NCBI GenBank assembly: GCA_037481835.1
Contig: JBBFKW010000003.1
Span: forward strand, 189,247-253,246
Origin: Desulfosoma sp.
GTDB lineage: Bacteria > Desulfobacterota > Syntrophobacteria > Syntrophobacterales > DSM-9756
DNA length: 64,000 nucleotides
Reading direction: 5' to 3'
Below, piece after piece: positions 58,274-64,000 of the stretch (positions are counted from its first letter, which is position 1; every line of letters starts with the position of its first letter). A program made the position numbers and the translations under genes. The notes beneath the pieces are model-generated. The model saw only the letters and a list, made by a program, of their open reading frames with translations, did not search any database and was not told where the DNA came from.

Positions 58274-58717
58274 ATGAACGGCGAAGAAGTGCGTGATTTT
58301 TGGCAAGACCATTCCGAGCGGTTTCTGGAAATGGCGTTACGCACGGACCGGATGGAAATCCTGGAAAAGTGCGACGGGCATGGCAAAAAAACAGGTCAAT
58401 GCGGGGATACGGTGGAATTTTTCATTCTGACCGATGCGGACGGCACCATTCGCCGGGTGTCGTTTCACGTGACCGGATGCCTCAATACGGTCGCTTGCGC
58501 CAATACGGTATGCGAACTGGTGGAAGGAAAACCGGTGGACGAAGCGTGGGACGTGACGCCCGAACAGGTGATCGAATACCTGGAGTCGCTGCCACGAAGG
58601 GAGCACCACTGCGCGGAGCTGGCGGTGGGGGCGCTCTATTTGGGGATCGCCGATGTGCAACGAAAAAAACGGGAGCCCTGGAAAAAAATTTACGGGAGTA
58701 GCGCCGACAGCCGTTGA
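58274..58717 (+). CDS. IscU/NifU-N-like Fe-S scaffold protein
   Basis: AAGGAGG RBS; CGD, GC..T.AC, HHCAELA. Confidence 0.85.
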   Translation: MNGEEVRDFWQDHSERFLEMALRTDRMEILEKCDGHGKKTGQCGDTVEFFILTDADGTIRRVSFHVTGCLNTVACANTVCELVEGKPVDEAWDVTPEQVIEYLESLPRREHHCAELAVGALYLGIADVQRKKREPWKKIYGSSADSR

Positions 58718-59232
58718 AGAAAGACGCCCACATCGTCGACGACCTCGTGGATCCCGGTCCTTCGGGCGAAGTCCGGATCCCATGTGAAAACGGCCCCGCC
58801 GGCCCAAATTCGGACGGTTGGGGGAAGCCCACGAACGATTTCTCTCACGACGGGCTCGGAATCCCCATGGAGGATGGTGAGACCCAGGATATGGGGTGGC
58901 TTTTGCGCGCACGGCGCAAGGATGCTTTCGGCGGAACACAGAAGGCCCAAGCGGACCGTGCGGGCTCCGGCCGCCCGGGCTGCCGCTTCGATCACCTCGA
59001 GGCCATGGCCCCACCCGTCGTCGATGGTGGCCAAGTAGAGCAGTGGGAAAATTTCGGACGGCGGCGTTTGAGACGCCGGGATCGCCTTCCTGAGAGCCTC
59101 CAGCTCTTCAAGATCGCGAAGGAGACGCCATCGCCCGGGAAGCCCGTCGCGGCGCCACCGATTTGCCGTCTCCAAAAGGTGCGCTTTAAAACCCTGCCAG
59201 GATCGGGACGCCACCGGCCTAGGCATGCTCAT
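58690..59232 (-). CDS. Cobalamin-binding-domain-like protein with non-canonical motif
   Basis: LATIDDGWGHGL, LGL..AESIL, ILGLTIL, IWAGGAV: order of elements fits a B12-binding Rossmann fold. Confidence 0.6.
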   Translation of the reverse strand: MSMPRPVASRSWQGFKAHLLETANRWRRDGLPGRWRLLRDLEELEALRKAIPASQTPPSEIFPLLYLATIDDGWGHGLEVIEAAARAAGARTVRLGLLCSAESILAPCAQKPPHILGLTILHGDSEPVVREIVRGLPPTVRIWAGGAVFTWDPDFARRTGIHEVVDDVGVFLQRLSALLP

Positions 59233-59884
59233 GCCGGCAAATGCCTTCCGAAAGGAGGCGTTTTTCTTCGGACAGCCTCTGTCGCAGCCACACGAGGACC
59301 TTATCGAATTCGTTCCGCAATTCCCGAAGCGCCCGTCCTCGGTGGCTCACCGCCGCTTTTTCTTCAGGCTCCATTTCGGCGAAGGTCTTTCCCGCCGGGG
59401 GATAAAAGAAAACGGGGTCGTACCCGAATCCTCGGGTTCCTCGAGGTTCTGTGGTGATTTCTCCTTCACAGGTTGCTTCATAAGTGAGGGCCGGACCCGT
59501 CGGGACCGCCAGGGAGAGCACACACACGAAGCGCGCCTTGCGGTTGTCAATGCCCTCCATGGCCCGGAGCAGCTTCCGGTTGTTTTCGGCGTCGGTGGCC
59601 TGGTCCCCGGCATAACGCGACGAATGGACCCCCGGCTCACCCCCCAAGGCCTCGACTTCCAATCCGGAATCGTCGGCCAAAGCCGGCAGCCCGAGAACCC
59701 GGGCCGTAAAAAGGGCTTTCTTGTACGCGTTTTCGTCGAAGGTTCGGCCGTCTTCCACGGGTTCGGGTAAAGGTCCAAAATCGGAAACGTCTTTGATTTC
59801 CACGGGGAAGCCCTCCAAGAGAGCTCGAATTTCCGAGGACTTGGCCCGATTCCGCGTCGCAATGACCAAGGTGATTGTCTCCAT
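59219..59884 (-). CDS. rdgB: XTP/dITP pyrophosphatase (Ham1 family)
   Basis: ATRN..K, TFDENA..KA, ADDSGL, GFGYDPVF, SHR. Confidence 0.96.
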   Translation of the reverse strand: METITLVIATRNRAKSSEIRALLEGFPVEIKDVSDFGPLPEPVEDGRTFDENAYKKALFTARVLGLPALADDSGLEVEALGGEPGVHSSRYAGDQATDAENNRKLLRAMEGIDNRKARFVCVLSLAVPTGPALTYEATCEGEITTEPRGTRGFGYDPVFFYPPAGKTFAEMEPEEKAAVSHRGRALRELRNEFDKVLVWLRQRLSEEKRLLSEGICRHEHA

Positions 59885-59911
59885 CTTTGCGTTTCGTCCT
59901 CCTCAAAAGCT

Positions 59912-60691
59912 TCAGGCGGCGGAAGGGGACGTCTCGTCCGCCTCCTCCTGCGTTTCGGCCTGCTCCTTCTTCCCGAAGAAATAAGCAATCCAGACGCTCA
60001 TTTCGTAGAGGATGAGCAGCGGGATGGCCATAAGGATCTGCGTGAAGACGTCCGGGGGCGTCAAGATGGCCGCCACGATAAAGATGATGAGAATGGCGTA
60101 TTTTCTTTGCTTTTGGAGAAAACTCGCTTTGACCAGCCCGAGCTTGGCCAAAAAGAGCGTGACCAGAGGAAGCTCGAAGATGAGCCCGAAGGCGATCAAC
60201 AAGCGCGTGGCAAAAGACAGGAATTCCTTGGTGCTGATCATGGGGGCGATATATTCGGTGGCAAAGGAAGCAAAAAACTGGAACCCGTAGGGAAAGACGA
60301 CGAGATACCCGAAGGCGGCGCCGCCGAGAAAAAAAATGGTGGAAAGGATCACAATAGGATACAAGTAGCGCCGCTCATGTTCATAGAGGCCGGGGGCGAC
60401 AAATCGCCAGAACTGATAAAGGATGACCGGAACGGCCAGAGCCACGCCCCCCAAAAAGGAGACCTTGATGTAGGTCATGAACGCTTCATGGGGCGCAGTA
60501 TATATGAGCTTTTGATGGCCGTCGTGCGGAAGGGCCTGAAGGAGGGGCTGCATCAGCCAGGCGAAAATTTTTTCTTTAAAGAAATAGGCAATGACGAAGC
60601 CAACGCCCACGGCGATGGCACAGATGATGAGCCGTCGGCGCAGCTCCTCCAAGTGCTCGGTAAAAGGCATTTTTTCCGAAGGCTCGCTCAT
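59912..60691 (-). CDS. tatC: Twin-arginine translocase subunit TatC
   Basis: [28 protein letters not shown]. Confidence 0.97.
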   Translation of the reverse strand: MSEPSEKMPFTEHLEELRRRLIICAIAVGVGFVIAYFFKEKIFAWLMQPLLQALPHDGHQKLIYTAPHEAFMTYIKVSFLGGVALAVPVILYQFWRFVAPGLYEHERRYLYPIVILSTIFFLGGAAFGYLVVFPYGFQFFASFATEYIAPMISTKEFLSFATRLLIAFGLIFELPLVTLFLAKLGLVKASFLQKQRKYAILIIFIVAAILTPPDVFTQILMAIPLLILYEMSVWIAYFFGKKEQAETQEEADETSPSAA

Positions 60692-61077
60692 GAGGCTTTC
60701 CCGTCTTCTGCCGATGTGCTCGGAAGAACATCCTCCTTGGGCCCGTCCTCGGCTGAAACCGATTCGGAAGCCGTTTCAACCGTTTTGGAAGCCTCCAAGG
60801 GACCGTCTGCGGGCGTGGTTGCCGGGGAGACTTCGGAGCCTGCGGAAGAGCCGAGATTTTCCAGCATGATTTGGCTTTGCGCCGACCGGAATTCCTTTTT
60901 CAGCTCTTGCACCGTTTCATCCTGATCGAAAGTGCTCTTGAGTTCGTTGGTGGCCTTTCGGAATTCGGCCAGGCCCCGTCCGAGAGCCCTGGCCAAATCC
61001 GGCAGTTTTCCGGGCCCGACCACGATCAAGGCGATAAAGAGAATAAGCAGTACTTCTTGAAAACCCAAGCCGAACAT
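60688..61077 (-). CDS. tatB: Twin-arginine translocase subunit TatB
   Basis: [22 protein letters not shown]; acidic tail; overlaps the tatC start. Confidence 0.85.
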   Translation of the reverse strand: MFGLGFQEVLLILFIALIVVGPGKLPDLARALGRGLAEFRKATNELKSTFDQDETVQELKKEFRSAQSQIMLENLGSSAGSEVSPATTPADGPLEASKTVETASESVSAEDGPKEDVLPSTSAEDGKAS

Positions 61078-61078
61078 C

Positions 61079-61306
61079 TTACGCCCCCTTGTTCTCCCTC
61101 GGTCCCGAAGGCTTCTCGTCGCGCCCTTCCAATTCCTTGTAATCGGCATCGCGCACCTCGGGTTGATTGGCACGGAATCCGGCCTTGAACTGGGTAACAC
61201 TGTCACCCAGGGCCTTGCCCACTTCGCCGAGGCGCTTTCCCCCGTAGATGAAGATCACGATGACCAATATGACGAGCAGTTCCGCCGGGCCGAGCCCGAA
61301 GACCAT
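61079..61306 (-). CDS. tatA: Twin-arginine translocase subunit TatA/E
   Basis: [21 protein letters not shown]. Confidence 0.88.
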   Translation of the reverse strand: MVFGLGPAELLVILVIVIFIYGGKRLGEVGKALGDSVTQFKAGFRANQPEVRDADYKELEGRDEKPSGPRENKGA

Positions 61307-61354
61307 AGCGATTCCCCCCCTTGCCGCACGGCGCCGCAGGACGCGGGCCCCGAC

Positions 61355-62203
61355 TCATTTGGTTGCGTAACTGTGGAGGCCGCTCAACAAGAAGTTCACC
61401 CCGAAGTACGTGAAAAGAACCGAACAAAAACCCGCCACGGACAACCACGCCACCCGAGGCCCCCTCCACCCTCGGACCGCTCTCGCATGTAACACGGCGG
61501 CGTAGATGAGCCACGTGATGAGAGACCAGGTTTCCTTGGGGTCCCAGCTCCAGTAAGATCCCCACGCCGAATTGGCCCAGACGGAGCCGGTGATGATCCC
61601 GATGGAAAGCCAAAAAAAGCCGAACAAGACCATTTGGTAATTGAATTCGTCCAGTTCCCTGGATCCCGGGATCAGGCTGTTCGTGGACAGGGAGAGGGGG
61701 CGTTCCGCCTTTTTCCTGCGCCACAGGTAAGCCACACTGAGGCCGAAAGAGATGGCGAAGGCGGCGTAGCCCATAAAACAGGTCACCACGTGGGCGATGA
61801 GCCAGTTGCTTTTCAAGGCGGGGACAAGAGGTTGAATCTTGGAGACGACCCCGGGGGAAAAGGAGGCGTAAGCCATGGCCAGGAAGGCGATCCCCGATGG
61901 CACGAACCCGAGGGCGCGATGCCCGATTTTCTTTTCAAAGATAACGTAAATGAGAACGAGCACCCACGAGCCAAAGACAAGGGATTCATAAAGATTGGAC
62001 AAAGGAGCGTGCCCGAAGCCCAGGTCGTAGGATTCTTTCCAGCGAAGAACGATCCCCGCCGTTTGGACGAGAAGCGTTCCGATGGCGCACAATGTTCCCC
62101 AGGTGAGCCATTTGGGCTTGTGGAAGGTGATGCCCGCCAGGTAGAGCGTCGTGGCCAGGAGGTAGGCGAAGGTGGTGACACCCAGGAGGATGGAGCTGTT
62201 CAT
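61355..62203 (-). CDS. ccsA: System II cytochrome c biogenesis protein CcsA/ResC
   Basis: PLSNLYES, WLIAHV, WGSYWSWDPKETW, GLHSY. Confidence 0.95.
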   Translation of the reverse strand: MNSSILLGVTTFAYLLATTLYLAGITFHKPKWLTWGTLCAIGTLLVQTAGIVLRWKESYDLGFGHAPLSNLYESLVFGSWVLVLIYVIFEKKIGHRALGFVPSGIAFLAMAYASFSPGVVSKIQPLVPALKSNWLIAHVVTCFMGYAAFAISFGLSVAYLWRRKKAERPLSLSTNSLIPGSRELDEFNYQMVLFGFFWLSIGIITGSVWANSAWGSYWSWDPKETWSLITWLIYAAVLHARAVRGWRGPRVAWLSVAGFCSVLFTYFGVNFLLSGLHSYATK

Positions 62204-62209
62204 GGCGCG

Positions 62210-63580
62210 CTATTTCTCCTCGTTGCGGCGATCCCAAGCGTCCGCAAGGCGATCACAAAGATGTTGGAATTCCTTTTCGAAGGCAAGGCTTTTCTTGTTG
62301 CTCCAAGCGGCGACGACAACGGTCGTTCCCGGGTTGCTCTTCTGGGCCCAAAAATAAAACTTCTTATGGGGCACGTAAAAGGTGGTGAACAGGCCGACGA
62401 GGAGGATCACAAATCCCGTGAGGACCACGGGGACGCCGGGATCGCGTTTCACCTGGAGCCCCGTGTAATAGCCCCGCTCGGTTTCCAGGACGGTCACGTG
62501 GTAGCCCTGGATGCGATTGCCGTGAAAATCCGGGTGATTCATGAGAATCCAGGAACCGGTGGGCTGTTCGCCCTCCTTCCATGTGGCGATGGCGACGGCG
62601 GGCCCAAATCCGCTAAAGTCTTCGGTAAAATCGACAACTTGCACCTTCAGGTCCGTGGAGCCGAAGGGCAGCGCTTCGCCGAACGGCAACTCCAGTTCGA
62701 AACGCTCGCCCCCTTCGCCTTTGGCAAAGGCCGCCCGCGCCTTCTTCAGGACGGCTCCGTAAGAGGCCTGATAGAAGGTCACCCCGTGGTAGGAGATGGG
62801 ATCGTTGACCCGAATGGAGGCGTGGAGGGCGGGCAGGTCGTTTTCCAGGATGGTCACATCGGATCGGAATTCCTTCGGCGTGCCGTTTTCGTAGAAGCTC
62901 ACATGGAAATCGTTGCAGCGCACCTGGAAGGGAAGGGCTATCATGGCCCGCTTTCGAGGGATGAAGACCTCGTTGGATGTTTCGCCTTCGACAAGGTTCA
63001 TGACCCCCTTGAAGCCGTAGAGCGAACCGGCCAGAGCCCCGACAAAGATCCACAAGACGCTGAGATGGATGATGTAGACCATATAGCGGGACCAACGGCC
63101 CTTTTCCACGACCAGAGAAAGGGTGTCCGCCGGGGCGTGCAGGTGTTGGACCTGCCCGAAGGCGTTTCGAAGGAGTCCTTCCGAAAGGGAGCGGACTTTG
63201 GAGAATTCCAGGGGCACGTCCATAACCCGGTGAAGGGCATACTTGGTCAATTTGGCGGGATCGAGAAACTCGTCGCGGTCGCGAAGCAGGGCCATGGTTT
63301 TGGGGAGCCGCTGCAGGGTGCAGGCGATGAGGTTGACACCCAGGAGAACCAAGAGCGCCCGGAACCCCAAGGAATGGTAAAGGTCCGTGATCTGCAGGGT
63401 GACGAGCCATCGGGCCGTCCTCGGACCATAGCGGGAAAAGATCTCGCGTTCACTGAGACCTTGGGGAACCAGCGTGCCGATAATGCATCCTACGGCCAAG
63501 ATAATGAACAAGAAGAGGGCAAAGCGAAGACTTCCCAATTTTTTCCAGAGCCACAGAACCCGTTCGTGAAAATCCTTCAT
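62210..63580 (-). CDS. resB: System II cytochrome c biogenesis protein ResB/CcsB
   Basis: IIGTLVPQ, IIHLS, VNDPI, YQASY, TGLQVKRDPG. Confidence 0.92.
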   Translation of the reverse strand: MKDFHERVLWLWKKLGSLRFALFLFIILAVGCIIGTLVPQGLSEREIFSRYGPRTARWLVTLQITDLYHSLGFRALLVLLGVNLIACTLQRLPKTMALLRDRDEFLDPAKLTKYALHRVMDVPLEFSKVRSLSEGLLRNAFGQVQHLHAPADTLSLVVEKGRWSRYMVYIIHLSVLWIFVGALAGSLYGFKGVMNLVEGETSNEVFIPRKRAMIALPFQVRCNDFHVSFYENGTPKEFRSDVTILENDLPALHASIRVNDPISYHGVTFYQASYGAVLKKARAAFAKGEGGERFELELPFGEALPFGSTDLKVQVVDFTEDFSGFGPAVAIATWKEGEQPTGSWILMNHPDFHGNRIQGYHVTVLETERGYYTGLQVKRDPGVPVVLTGFVILLVGLFTTFYVPHKKFYFWAQKSNPGTTVVVAAWSNKKSLAFEKEFQHLCDRLADAWDRRNEEK

Positions 63581-63747
63581 GGACAAGGGCCTTCCGTTCA
63601 GCCGTTGGAGGTGGACGCATCGCCTGATTTTTTTGACGCCGACAAAAGAGACTGCTTTGTAACCTAGGGGCACATGCAAGGCAAGATGGAACAAGGCGGC
63701 GCCCGGCCTGGCAAAACGGGCCGGTTTCTTTTTTTTGGAAAAAGCCC

Positions 63748-63775
63748 TTGACAGGCGGCCGGGGATCTCTATAAT
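63748..63775 (+). promoter_or_regulatory. rRNA operon promoter P1
   Basis: TTGACA-16 nt-TATAAT with upstream A/T tract. Confidence 0.88.
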
Positions 63776-63828
63776 CCGGCCTCCGTTGACGCGATGCGTC
63801 GGCGGCTCCGGGGACCGGAAAAAAGCCC

Positions 63829-63857
63829 TTGACCCGGATGCTCGGTTCTGATAGAAA
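63829..63857 (+). promoter_or_regulatory. rRNA operon promoter P2
   Basis: TTGACC-17 nt-TAGAAA, preceded by the same AAAAAGCCC as P1. Confidence 0.6.
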
Positions 63858-63885
63858 GCACCTTTGCCTGGAGCGATCAGGCACC

Positions 63886-63900
63886 TGTTCTTTGAAAACT
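63886..63900 (+). promoter_or_regulatory. rRNA leader boxA-like antitermination element
   Basis: TGTTCTTTGAAAACT in the rrn leader. Confidence 0.65.
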
Positions 63901-63968
63901 AAATAGTGAGTGCGTGCTGGGCCTTTGAAAGGGACCGTGCCTTGATTTGGGGTGCGGTTAGAAGGAAA

Positions 63969-64000
63969 AAACTGGAGAGTTTGATCCTGGCTCAGAATGA
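63969..64000 (+). rRNA. rrs: 16S rRNA, 5' end (truncated by window edge)
   Basis: AGAGTTTGATCCTGGCTCAG (27F site) at 63976-63995; 5' end estimated. Confidence 0.95.

Overview
This is a GC-rich (roughly 60% by eye) core-chromosome segment. It is most likely from a sulfate-reducing Desulfobacterota bacterium (Syntrophobacteria-like), inferred from the Tmc-type complex, tetraheme cytochrome c3, system II cytochrome c maturation and fatty-acid oxidation genes. In order it carries: the 3' part of valS; rmlC/rmlD; pabA-pabB-pabC; an O-methyltransferase; a tmcC-tmcB-USP-cytochrome c3 operon; ndk-mltD-like-sirtuin-tolQRAB-pal-cpoB-tamA; a Zn-ADH; tamB; an AhpF-like thioredoxin reductase; engB, an aminotransferase, a TPR lipoprotein, hisG and hisI; rlmN with an HDAC-family and a hydantoinase-A-family gene; rhomboid-DUF167-thiolase-hbd-acyl-CoA dehydrogenase; an EamA transporter; a YbjT-like SDR; a secreted SGNH hydrolase; a large uncharacterised EF-hand-like membrane protein; tRNA-Asp, tRNA-Val, lon, clpX, clpP, tig and tRNA-Leu; a PFK; an IscU-like gene; a B12-binding-like gene; rdgB; tatCBA; ccsA/resB; and the tandem promoters and first bases of a 16S rRNA gene. 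I saw no CRISPR-Cas, integrase or prophage. The most unusual signals are non-coding. A GTAG-type REP-like palindrome occurs at three loci, including a 3x157-bp structured tandem array. It co-occurs with a second ~50-bp hairpin repeat and a second REP doublet. There is also a terminator-containing leader in front of pabA and a frameshifted ISAs1-like remnant. Protein-level candidates for undescribed biology are the hydantoinase-A/HDAC pair, the USP-containing Tmc-like operon and the 765-aa EF-hand-like protein. All family assignments come from motif recognition, not database searches.
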